DNA of 64,000 bases from the NCBI RefSeq assembly GCF_018350175.1, contig NC_058368.1, positions 83,144,001-83,208,000 on the forward strand, read 5' to 3'. The position numbers and the translations under genes were made by a program. This DNA comes from Felis catus (lineage: Eukaryota). Under the pieces are notes generated by a model. The model ran no database searches and was not told the DNA's origin. It worked only from the letters and a program-made list of their open reading frames with translations. This document shows, in pieces, positions 1 through 11,211 of this stretch (position 1 is the stretch's first letter; each line of letters begins with the position of its first letter).

Positions 1-59
1 ATAGTATTAATCTAGAAAGTAACTGAATTTTATTTTTTTTCTTAAATATCAGTAAGATC

Positions 60-294
60 ACATTTTCAAAATAGAAACTCATTTTATATGAGGGCTTAAA
101 AGAAAAAAGTAGGTGATAGCATACAATACTATAATTAAAGACCAGGGACTGGAAAACCTGGAGGGATTACAGGTTGAAATCACAGATGACTTAGCAAAAA
201 AAATGTGTTACACAAGTTTTCTCTTGATATTTAAACGTTTTCAGTTACTTAGTAAGTAGTTCCACGTCTTCCTAAAAATATCTAGATGGTAAGT
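60..294 (+). promoter_or_regulatory. Putative promoter / non-coding exon 1 of OR gene 1, ending at splice donor GTAAGT (289-294)
   Basis: Block conserved in all three units (ataatt[a/g]aag, cagggactg, aaatcacagatgactta, ttttcagtta, gtaag). It contains a TAATT homeodomain-type core and an O/E (EBF)-like half-site. Function is inferred from conservation and typical OR gene structure. Confidence 0.55.
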
Positions 295-924
295 CCAAGG
301 AAGATGGTATATATTTCAAAATGCCCTTCTGAAGTTCTGTAAGATGGAACTACATTTCCTTCAAAAGGTATACATTAAAAGTTTTGTTATTTTGAAGTCC
401 TCTGACTAGAGAGGCAACTTATATTTTTACATTCTTTGTAATATTAGCTTAATATGCTTCTTATATTTAATACCGGGACTTGTGAATGTTAAATTAAATA
501 ATAATAGTGATGATGCAAAGTAAATGTGAGACATTACTCAGAGCAATAAAATATATGCTAGCTATGGACTATTGCAAGACTCTGGTGAATCTAGTTTATT
601 CAAGTTTTCAATCACTTATGGGGATCTTATGAACTCTACCTGTGTGTAAACATCTACTGTTAACTCATTACATAAGAAAAATTTAAATATATACCTTAGC
701 AATCAAAAAACAACAATCTAATAAGGAAAACAGAATATTGATTTATTTAAAATAATTGTAAGTAAGCAACAGTGGAAATTACTGCAAGAATCTAATAAAA
801 GTGTGATAAAATGTGTGCAAAAGGTTATGTTCCTCTAAAGAACGTGCACTGAAAGACACTTTGATGAGGAATTCATAAGAATTAACACATTCTATCTTAC
901 AGTAACTTTCAAATGGGGGCAGTG

Positions 925-1020
925 GGATAAAATAATCTCAGAGAAGTTAAGTAATTTGCCTGATGATATAGGAGTTAGAGGTAGCGCAAGATTGCAAACT
1001 CATGTTTGTCTGATCTTAGG
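925..1020 (+). mobile_element. MIR-like SINE relic (paralogous copies at about 23030-23115 and 40480-40570)
   Basis: ctcagagaagttaagtaatttgcc...agattgcaaactcatgtttgtctga resembles the MIR core and 3' end. Confidence 0.6.
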
Positions 1021-1292
1021 GTCCATAATATTAGCTTTTTATATAGAACAGATGTAGATGCCACCCACTTGTAAGTACAATATATACACAACTTTTATCT
1101 ACAGAATGAACAGAAATATAATGAAAAATGCATGTGCATTCAAACTTGAAACAAATATGATATAATTTACAAAGGTAAAAGGAAAAGGAAAAGACATTCA
1201 GAGTAAAAATAAACTACTGAAGAGGGACTAAGCTCAGATTTATGTTGTATCTTTGGGATTTGCACAGAGTTGGTATTGGAAAATGGAGAACA

Positions 1293-1503
1293 GGGGCTCC
1301 TAGGTGGTTCAGTCAGTTAAGCGTCCGACTTCAGTTCAGGTCATGATCTCGGGGTCCATGAGTTCCAGCCCCACGTAGGTCTCTGTGCTGGCAGCTCAGA
1401 GCCTGGAGTGTGGTTTGGATTCTGTCTCCCTCTCTCTCTGCCCTCCCCTGCTCACACTCTGTCTCTTTCAGAAATAAATAAACATTAAAAATTTTTAAAA
1501 AAA
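1293..1503 (+). mobile_element. Can-SINE (feliform SINEC_Fc-type)
   Basis: tRNA-like head, (CT)n tract, A-tail; TSD aaatggagaaca. Confidence 0.93.
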
Positions 1504-3744
1504 GGAAATGGAGAACAGATGACTTGAAATAGAGACTTTTGTGGCTTTCCGCAATTCCTCACAAGCGATCGATAAGGACATGAAAGTCTGTTTTGAAGAA
1601 AATTTGATCCATTTAATGCTTTTGAGAAGGAGAGTGATATAATCAGAAGGTGCTTTGAGGAATATTCAAAAATATTGTTTCAGATGAGTAAAAAATAGAA
1701 AATCAGAATGATACATAATGTCAGTGGATGCAGACGCAAACAAGATGCATGTTTTTATTTTTATTTTCCTAAAGTAACGATGAACTTTTCCAAAAGGCAT
1801 CAATAATCCTTTTTGTGTGTAGTGGTTTAATCTTCTACCAGGAGGTAAGGGAAGCTTTTGCTATGTAATTTTATGTATAACATATTGCCTTTTTTTGTGT
1901 GTCTGTTTGGTGGTGGGATCATAATAATAATTGGTTGAATGCATTTCATCTAACGAAGATACTTGGGCTCAGTGACCCCATTCTCTTGTTTTGTTTTTCT
2001 CTCCGTTGTTCCTCTCAGTTTTTCTTCAGCCCAGGAATTCTTCCTTCATTATTCACTGTCTTTCATTATTCTGTTGTTTGCTCTGTCTTTACTTAACCAA
2101 TATGGCTGCCCTCCTCTTCTCTGTCCACCCCATTTCCTTTCATTTTTCTTCTAAGCTGTAAGCATAAGTATACAAAAAAATAATTAACTGCTTAGCTACA
2201 GTTGTGGTGTATGTTTTTAAAGATATGTGTGACAAACAATGGCTTTTTATTCCAAAGTATGAATACTTGATGATAATTCATGATATTAACAAACTTGTGA
2301 GGAAAGTATAATATGTAGACAGATACATATAGATAAAAACAGATATAGATGTACAGTGAAGTAATTTGCATTACATCATTAAGTGCATACCTCTAACATC
2401 TATATCAAACCATTATATATTATGTAACTGAAAGAAAAGATATTCTGAATATCATATAAGTGACTAAAGCTTTGTTTATATAACTTTCACCTGAAGAAGT
2501 CTGAGTTTATTATTTAGAAATAAATGCCTTAGCCATAAAACATTGTTCATTCTCACTCTCTGTGAGAGAGGAGTAAAGGAAATGAGGCTTTGTGGTGTGG
2601 TTTTGACAAAAAGTGAGTTAATACAATATAACATAATAAAACATAATATTCCTGTATCCTTTTATTCACGTTCAGCTGAAAGCAATAAAAAAAGACACAT
2701 GAAAAAATTATACAGGATCCACCTCTCCACTTAATAAACTTAAATATTGCATTTCTCTGTTGATAAATAACAATTCAAACTTGTGTCTCAAATTGGTCAA
2801 AATCCTACTGACAGTAATAGAAATCAACTAGTCTTGTACCCAAACTGCTATTCCTCGATGGGTTCTGATATGAACTGAATGCAAAGATTATTTTACTTAT
2901 GTGAAGAGACTTGAAGAGGCATAGTACTAAAATATTCCAGAGTTTTTTTAGTTAACAGGGATTATCAAATGGAGTTATAAGCAGAAACAGGGATGGCAAA
3001 TGAGACCTAATTATAGAGCCAGTTCCTGTCATTTAATAATATGGACAAGGGCAACACACTGCTAAATGATTACATTTCTTTAAGTAATTTCTCTTTTATA
3101 AGCTACTACAAAGAAATTTGATTTATAGGTTTGAACATAGGGTAAACTGCAGGATGGTAGCAACCTTTCAGTTCCTCTGATGATCCTGGCTGTGTGAGTT
3201 GGATTTGGGGCTTAATAGCAGGTTATGGCTCTAATTAAGCAGCAAAGTCAATACAAAGGCCAAACAAGCCACCTGGTCCATGGCGTTCCTCAGGCTGGGT
3301 AGATTTTTTGGCACTCCTAATCTCCTAATTTAAAGACTAGTTATAAATTTTTGTCCAACTTGACAGAGACAATGAATCTGGCATTCTGTGTGTAATTCAA
3401 GACTACAGCACAATTGCTTAAAATCTTACCTTGTAGAAAAGAAAAAAAAATGACCAAAGATCTCTTAGAATTAAATTAATCAGACTACTTGTGGGTTGGG
3501 GTGCTAAGGTTTCTAAAGTTAATACAAACAGCCCAGGAAGGCTTTTTCTCATTTAGATGCTCATCTTCCCAGATCAACAATCCATTTCCACAGCTACAAC
3601 ATAAAGTTTAATAAATCATTTAGGCAAGCACACAGTACAGAACTCTTAAGACCCCACCATCCCCTTGCAAGAGAGGATAAGAACAGGAAGGAAGACATCT
3701 GAAACACAAAATTAAAAAAAAATACAATCATTTCCTACAATAAA

Positions 3745-4130
3745 TATGTCTTTATTCACTAAGTATTGTACATGACTCATCAAATCTCTGCATTCATTTA
3801 ATTTACATCCTAATGAAGAAAGAGACAGCAATCAGATAAATTACTATGATGTCAGATGAGGGAGACACTAGGCAGAATAAAAACAAAACAGGTCAGGTAG
3901 GCAGGATATTTAGAGAGAAGCCATAAAGGTTTTATGAAGCAGAAAGCATTTGACAAGAGCCTGAAAATAGTGAGGGATTGGTCTAAAAAATAGAGAATGG
4001 TTAAAGGGAACAACCAGTATAAACTCACTGGATTATTGCATTACAAGTATGCTCCAGAAACAAGGAGGCCATCGTGGTTGGTGTTCAGTGAGCCAAAGAG
4101 TTCGGAGGTGTAGTGGATGAACTTAGGAGT
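3745..4130 (-). mobile_element. Degenerate L2-like LINE relic
   Basis: ttattcactaagtattg, gcatttgacaagagcctgaa and aacaaggaggccatcgtggttgg resemble the antisense L2 3' region. Confidence 0.45.
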
Positions 4131-4662
4131 GTGAGAGGTTCTACTTTTGTGCACACAAAAGTAAAGATGCTCTAATATTTATGTGAAAGCAAGAACAGGC
4201 AAAACATAAGCCTCAGAGATAGTTATTAAACTATAGATTGCATCTCAGGGGTGATAGGCTAGGAAAGGTTACAAGGAAATCTTTTGGAAAATATCCATAT
4301 TTTGATCTGAGTGGTAGTCACATAAGTCTGAACACGTATAAAATTTCTTCCGTGGTATATTTAAGATGAATTCACTCAATTCGTCTTTCTATATGTATGT
4401 TTCATTTCCATGAGAAGTTGGTACAAATATAAGGAGATGACAGCATAATATTGTCATATCATATCTAAGCTACCCCATTGCTATAGCAATGAATAAAATA
4501 TATCTATTCATTGATGATGTTAAAAGATGAAAAATCAGTATGCAACAATATTTTTATGCCATAAACATTTTTTCATTACTATTCCTTTAAAACATTATAT
4601 ATATTTTCTTCACACATAAAAGTTATGGTAGGACAACTTTTCATCAATAATTTAGCACCAAA

Positions 4663-4860
4663 GGGCACCTGGGTATCTCAGTCAGTTAAGTGACTGACTT
4701 CAGCTCAGGTCATGATCTCATGGCTTGTGAGTTTCAGCCCTGTGTTGGGCTCTGTGCTGACAACTCAGAGCCTGGAGACTGTTTCAGATTCTCTCTCCTT
4801 CTCTATCTCTGTCTCCCCCTTTCTAGTGCTCTGTCTTTCTCAAAAATAAACTTAAAAAAT
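4663..4860 (+). mobile_element. Can-SINE
   Basis: Typical body; TSD aataatttagca[c/g]ca. Confidence 0.92.
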
Positions 4861-5105
4861 AATAATTTAGCAGCAAAAAATACAAAACAAAACAAAACAA
4901 CATAATTTAGCAGCATGCAATATGTTGTAAATGTTTGCATGGAATATATGGTAATCTAGCTTTTGCTAGACATTAATACAAAATAGGTAACTGATTGCTT
5001 CACTTATGTCCCTGTGGCCTACCTAGATCATTCAAACTTTAAGTCCGAAAACACATCCTGAGCTGTTAAAGTTTGATGTAGAGTTAAAAAAAAATACAAA
5101 ACATG

Positions 5106-5275
5106 GGCTTCTGGGTGGCTCAGTCGGTTAAATGACTGACAGTTTTCACTCGGGTCATGATCTCACAGTTTCATGAGTCAGGCTCTGTGCTGGCAGTGCA
5201 AAGCCTGCTTGGGATTGTCTCTCTTCCTCTCTTTTTCTGTCCCTCCCCTGCTCATGCAAACAAAACATTAAAACA
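5106..5275 (+). mobile_element. Can-SINE, internally deleted
   Basis: ctgggtggctcagtcggttaa...ggtcatgatctcacagtt head and CT-rich tail. Confidence 0.85.
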
Positions 5276-5589
5276 ATGTATAATAATATCATGCTTTAAA
5301 TTAAAAATGTTCTCAAATAAAATATGCATTTTTAGTAAATTTGGCAGAACCACATGGCAATTTTCATTTTCCAAACCCTGGAACTAAAACGCCTAGCAAA
5401 CTTCTCAAAATGACTCCCAGAAGAAGGAAAGCCCATACATTAGAAAGAAAGAAGTCAATGCCTTGATTACTGAATACAGCAGCAAGAGAAAAAGAAATGA
5501 GTGTGAAAATAGAAAATAAAATATACGCTATTGTCTAGGCAAAGAAATTCCCTGGAAGAGTCTTGCTAAGGAAATGGAAATGATTATTC

Positions 5590-5776
5590 TTTTTTGTTGT
5601 GTGTTTGTTTATTTAGGGAGAGAGAGAGAGTGAGAGAGAGGGGAAGGGGCAGAAAGAGAGAGACAGGGAGAGAGAGACACCTCATGACATGGGGCTCAAT
5701 CTCAGGACTATGAGCTTATGACCTGAACTGAAATCAAAAGTCAGATGTTTAACCAACTGAGCCACCCAGCCATCCA
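5590..5776 (-). mobile_element. Can-SINE (older subfamily)
   Basis: T-tail, (GA)n, gacctgaactgaaatcaaaagtcagatgtttaaccaactgagccaccca. Confidence 0.88.
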
Positions 5777-6043
5777 AGAAGTGAATAATTTTGTACAAAC
5801 AAAAATGGTCTAAAAATAAAGTAAGGGCCATATCCTTTTTCTTCAATAGTATTTATTTAAAAAGTACTTATATGTCACAAACTGTATTCAAAGTGATGTT
5901 TGTACATCATAAATGTGATCTCATTTGCCTTAATAGCACCCTACAATGCCAATATTAACAAATATAAAAATTTACTAAGTGGAAAATGAGGCTTGGATAA
6001 ATTAACTATCTAAGGTTACACAGAAAAATAATCTGAGTCTTTT

Positions 6044-6455
6044 TTATTATTAATTTTTAATATGAAATTTATTATCAAATTGGTTTCCATACAACACCCA
6101 GTGCTCTTCCCAACAGGTGCCCTACTCAGTGCCCATCGCTCACTTTCCCCTCCCTTCCACTACCCATCTACCCTCAGTTTATTCTCAGTCTTTAAGAGTC
6201 TCTTATGGTTTGGCTCCCTCCCTCTCTTTTTTTTCCCCCTTCCCTTCCCCCATGGTCTTCTGTCAAGTTTCTCAGTATCCACATAGGAGTGAAAACATAT
6301 GGAAACTGTCCTTCTCTGTATGACTTATTTCACTTAGCATAACAATCTCCAGTTCCATCCACATTGCTACAAAAGGCTATATTTCATTCTTTGTCATTGC
6401 CAAGTAGTATTCCATTGTATATATAAACCACAACTTCTTTATCCATTCATCAGTG
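6044..6455 (-). mobile_element. 5'-truncated L1 3' end inserted in a MIR-like relic
   Basis: Antisense carnivore L1 3' UTR (tatgaaatttattatcaaattggtttccatacaacacccagtgctc); TSD tgagtctttt at 6034-6043 and 6456-6465. Confidence 0.9.
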
Positions 6456-6927
6456 TGAGTCTTTTGAATTATGCTCTTTAACTATGTGCTAACCTGCTTC
6501 TCCAGTAAAGTGACCTATACCAGAATATTTCATGGGTACACCTCATTTTAAGAGGTGGAGTAAGAGATGGGCATATTGGTGAGGAACTACTTCCACTACA
6601 ACTTACCATTATTAGCAATAAGTATTATTTAAGGTACTTCTAACCCTTGATTTCTCAATGTCTTCTGTTTACTTGGTATTTGACTAATCCCATATGATTT
6701 CCACTAGTACATGATTCCCTGTACACTTTGGTAGACAGAATTTTTATTAGTATTATAGTGTGATATGTTAAATTATATGAAAAAATGTGATGGAAAATCT
6801 CATTGACTTCTCAGCAATTCATGAGTTTTCTTATGACTCAGTGTATTTCTGAATAATCCATATTACAGTTTAGTTAACTAGTTGCTAAAATTAGATTATA
6901 TGCCTCTTTGGAAACCTCCTATGTTCC

Positions 6928-7142
6928 TTTTTTAAAATGTTTATTTATTATTGAGAGACAGAGAGAAAGACAGAACATGAACATGGGAGGGGCAGAGACA
7001 GGAGGAGACACAGAATCTGAAGCAGGCTCCAGGCTCTGAAGCTGTCAGCATAGAGCCTGGCGTGGGGCTCAAACTCACAAACTGCAAGATCATGACCTGA
7101 GCCAAAGTCGGATGCTCAACCGACTGAGCCACCCAGGCACCC
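6928..7142 (-). mobile_element. Can-SINE in the intron of OR gene 1
   Basis: Full body; TSD ggaaacctccta[t/a]gttc. Confidence 0.93.
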
Positions 7143-7364
7143 GGGAAACCTCCTAAGTTCTAATGAAAAAACTTACTGTGTGTTGTGTATGTGCCTTATA
7201 TTTAAAAATCGCATCAGGCTAACAATAAACGTTAATATTCCTAGCATATAAATTTATAAAAAGTTATACTCAGCAAAATTATTTTTTAATATAGAGAGAC
7301 AATATCATGGATGTGCTGATGTAAGCTAGAAGTCGTTATTTCTGTGATACAGTACTGAGCACTG

Positions 7365-7387
7365 TTCACATGTTATATTGTCTACAG
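7365..7387 (+). promoter_or_regulatory. Splice acceptor of the OR gene 1 coding exon (...ttgtctacAG, AG at 7386-7387)
   Basis: CAG 14 nt upstream of the ATG, at the same position as the acceptors of the two paralogues. Confidence 0.6.
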
Positions 7388-7401
7388 TGAATATATTTAT
7401 C

Positions 7402-8352
7402 ATGGCATGGGAGAATCAGACTTTCAACTTTGACTTTATCCTCCTGGGAATCTTCAATCACAGTTCCACCCACATCTTCCTCTTCTCTCTGGTCTTGGGA
7501 ATCTTCACATTTGCCATCATGGGAAACACTGTCATGATTCTCCTCATCTACCTGGACAACCAGCTCCACACCCCCATGTACTTCCTCCTCAGCCAACTCT
7601 CCCTCATGGACCTCATGCTCATCTGCACCACTGTACCCAAGATGGCCTTCAACTACTTGTCTGGCAGGAAGTGCATCTCTCTAGCTGGGTGTGGAGCCCA
7701 GATATTTTTATATGTGTCTCTGCTTGGAGCAGAATGTTTCCTGTTGGCTGTAATGGCCTATGACCGTTATGTTGCCATTTGCCGCCCATTAAGATACTCA
7801 ATTCTCATGAACCAGAAAATCTGTCATCTTATGGTCCTTTCTTCCTGGATTGTTGGCTCTCTTGATGGTATAATTGTTGTTGCAGTCGCACTATCCTTCC
7901 CATATTGTGGTGCCCGGGAAATACCTCACTTTTTCTGTGATGTCCCTGCCCTTCTCACTCTCTCATGCACTAATACATTGCTATTTGAAAGGTTAATGTT
8001 TATTTGCTGTGTAATTATGCTTCTTTTCCCTGTAACAGTAATTATTGCTTCCTACCTTCAGGTCATTGTAGCTGTCATTCAAATGGGGTCTGGGGAAAGC
8101 CGCCAAAGAGCTTTTGCTACCTGTTCCTCTCACCTCATGGTGGTAGGAATGTATTATGGAGCAGCCATGTTCATATACATGAGGCCTGTTTCTGACCGTT
8201 CCCCCACCCAGGACAAGATGGTGTCAGCCTTTTATACCATCCTTACTCCTATGCTGAATCCCCTCATCTATAGCCTCCGCAACAAGGAAGTGGCCAGAGG
8301 ATTAATGAAGGTGTTAGGGAGGGGAAGTCTACAGAGCAAATTGCCTAATTAA
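7402..8352 (+). CDS. OR2M: Intact class II olfactory receptor, OR2M subfamily (316 aa; OR gene 1)
   Basis: Single-exon ORF. The true ATG is at 7402 (the track start at 7378 is a TTG upstream of the splice acceptor). It has the OR motifs LHTPMYFLLSQLS, MAYDRYVAIC, HFFCD, AFATCSSHL and PMLNPLIYSLRN, and the N-glycosylation sequon NQT. The start MAWENQTFN and the segment MGSGE are as I recall for human OR2M members; the exact orthologue cannot be assigned. Confidence 0.95.
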   Translation: MAWENQTFNFDFILLGIFNHSSTHIFLFSLVLGIFTFAIMGNTVMILLIYLDNQLHTPMYFLLSQLSLMDLMLICTTVPKMAFNYLSGRKCISLAGCGAQIFLYVSLLGAECFLLAVMAYDRYVAICRPLRYSILMNQKICHLMVLSSWIVGSLDGIIVVAVALSFPYCGAREIPHFFCDVPALLTLSCTNTLLFERLMFICCVIMLLFPVTVIIASYLQVIVAVIQMGSGESRQRAFATCSSHLMVVGMYYGAAMFIYMRPVSDRSPTQDKMVSAFYTILTPMLNPLIYSLRNKEVARGLMKVLGRGSLQSKLPN

Positions 8353-9126
8353 CCATATTCTATATTCTTTAGTTTATGGTGAATTGATATATTCAACTGA
8401 TACAATTCTATACCCAATATTTACACACCTTTGTATCAAAAGTTTCATAGACAAGCCCACAAGATTTAGAAAGTGAAAAACTGACTACATACTTTTTGTT
8501 CAAATATTATATTTCTTTTGTTATGGAACTATCAAATTATGGTCATAAGTAAATATTTACTGTAAGATAACATCCACAATTGTACATTCTGTTTTATAAG
8601 TTAATAAATGAGAAGTATTTGCTGTCCATCACAGTACTACATAATGCCATGATAAAACAGGGCACTATTAGCATTCTTTTTTTTAACATATAGTAATTTT
8701 ACATTTGGCTAATCAAAATATTATCCTGAGTCAAATATCATTCTTTAGATTGATTAGTTTGTTAAAATGAATAATCAGGTTAATTATATACCAAGTTATA
8801 GCTTTATTAGATTATTATAAGAACTAACATGCTTTACCTAGATAGAGAAAAGAGGCATTAGATTTATGATTAGGTCTATGGAATCTACATTGTAATGGAC
8901 AGTGTTCTCTCTCAGGATATCAGAGGATTAGGGAGCTCCTATTTATTTCCTTTTTCTACATAAGTCAGCCTTTTACATGGGAGACTGACATGTGAATCCT
9001 CAAAGTCTGGTCTTTTCATCCTTAAATGTCTTGATCACTATAAGGGTTGTATGCTATAATTATATGGAAAAGTGATCAATTTTGTAAATAGAAAATTTTA
9101 GGTTTACTGAAGGTCTGAAGTTTTTT

Positions 9127-9348
9127 TGTTTGTTTGTTTAAATTTTTTTTTAATGCTTTTATTTATTTTTGAAGGAGAGAGAGACCGAGCATGAGCAGGG
9201 GAGGAGCAGAGAGAGAGGGAGACATAGAATTTGAAGCAGGCTCCGAGCTGTCAGCCTGGAGCCCGATGCGGGGCTCAAACTCACGAACTGGGAGATCATG
9301 ACCCGAGCTGAAGTCAGACGCTTAGCGGACTGAGCCACCCAGGCACCC
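9127..9348 (-). mobile_element. Can-SINE
   Basis: Full body; TSD ctgaagtttttt. Confidence 0.93.
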
Positions 9349-9509
9349 CTGAAGTTTTTTTAATAAATCACATGTCATATGTGTGACATCACTATAGATA
9401 GTGGTGTAATTATATATATGAAATTCACTGTAGTTCTGGGTATTCTTCTGTTTTGTTAGAAACAACCACTACGGCTAATCTGAATTTTTCTGTTTTCTTA
9501 AAACTCTGT

Positions 9510-10010
9510 TGTAACTGAATTAGTTTTCTTTTTCTGTATGACAAATGAACACAAACACAGTACCTCTAAATAATAATTATTAATTCCTAGTATATATGGG
9601 TAGGAATTCTTGCATTGCTAACCTGGGTATTCTTAAGGTGTCACAAGGTAGTAATCCATGAGTCAACTGAGACTGCAGTTATATCTAAGGCTCAGCCTCA
9701 TCTTTCAAGTCCATATAGTTGTTGAAATAATTAATTTCTTTGTACCCGAATAACTCATTATCTTACTTCTTCAATCCAGCAGGAGAGGCTGTGACTTAAG
9801 GGAAAGCCTAAGTCCTTTTGTAAAGGTCTACCAACTGGTTAAGACAAGCCAACACAAGACACTCTACCTTACATAACTTGAAGTCAATTGATTTGGGATC
9901 TTAATTACATTTGCACATTAACCTCACTCTCTCCAAATAGAATAACGTAAACATAGGAGCAACATCAGGAGAAATAAATCATGGGGAAAGTTTAGGTTTC
10001 TGTCTACCAC
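9510..10010. mobile_element. Old MaLR (MLT1-like) LTR relic; paralogous copy at about 47020-47250
   Basis: acaaatgaacacaaa...ctgcagttatatctaaggctc...gggatcttaattacatttgca resembles an MLT1 LTR. Family recognised from memory only. Confidence 0.5.
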
Positions 10011-11211
10011 ACACACCCACATAACTTATAGACTCCTATTTACAAAAAGTAATGAAAGGGCAATTACAATAAATTTTCCTGTCAGTGATATGAGAAAATA
10101 TTGGTTATATCTTAATGACTGACTGAATTATTTAACTTTAGAAATTATTTTATGGAGTCTGGTGTTGAGGGTTCTTTTAAAGGTAAAAGCCTAGGAGTGT
10201 AAAAGTACTTGTTATTGAGATTGAGTAGGGAAAGTGTCTTAAAATTTTTCACTTATACCTGCTGGAAGGAGGTCTTAAAAGAGCCTCTGATAAAGAGAAT
10301 TAGAAAGTAACATGCCACCAGAACTGGGAAGGCAAATATGTCAGAGCATGACCAGACAATAAGTCTCAAATCCTTGGCTCCAACTTGCTGTGCACAAGTC
10401 TACAGTGAGGAGGCCAGTCTTTTCTTTGTATTGTGTTTAGTATATCATATTTCCCTCAAACACAGATTTACCATTATTAAAGAAATATTTGACATCAAAT
10501 ATTGTTGACTGATTTGGGAGTTGAAGATAGGGCAGGAAAGGAGTGCATTCCCTACTGTGAAATGGGAAAATATTCCCAGAGTAACATGTATCACCTCATT
10601 CTTCCTATTAATGACTTAAAAACAAAGCTTCTAGGAAGAACATAATATGATCTATAGCCATACATTTTCTAAGACGAAAAGAGTGTTAAAATTTTATGTA
10701 TTCAGGCCAACCTTACAAACTTTGGTAGGGATATGATGTAAAGGTTTCCACTGTAGCAAAGTTCTCATGAACATCAGGTAGATTTCTAATTTACCTATTT
10801 TACTTTATATAGAATTTAAAGGTAACATTTTTATGTCTTTTTTTTTTTCGTAAAAAGTATATGCAGTATTGTGGAGAAATAGTCATTTTTTTCTTGGTAG
10901 AACTGTGAGTTACTAAAATCTTTCAGGAAGGCAATTTAGCTTTATTCATCCAGGTATGTAATTGTATTGCATTCATCCAGATATGCAAAGTAATAATAAT
11001 AATTAGTCGTCAAATATTTATACACAAGTAAGGCAAGGAGAAAAGGTAAAAACAATATGTATGGCCTGTTGTATAAAGGTTAAATACTACACAAACTAAT
11101 GGATCAATTTCTATTTACATTGTGTACTTCATACTTTCTAAATAATAGAATATGTGTGTCTGAGAGTAATTGGTTTTAATTCTGTTTTCAATTTAAAAAT
11201 ACAAAATTTTT

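Larger units (their letters stand above)
1..10150 (+). repeat. Paralogous OR unit 1 (older, more diverged duplicate)
   Basis: Colinear patches of similarity to units 2 and 3: 60-1020, 2300-3400, 5500-6900, and the 3' flank 8350-10150 versus 45810-47250 and 51860-51950. Confidence 0.8.

Noticed and set aside
7378..7401. N-terminal extension MSTVNIFI of the 324-aa ORF
   Set aside because: It starts at TTG and spans the splice acceptor; the paralogues begin at MAWENQ.
7366..7596. Antisense and alternative-frame ORFs over the OR genes (also 31408-31638 and 44920-45508)
   Set aside because: Short shadow ORFs of the OR coding sequence; their recurrence reflects paralogy.
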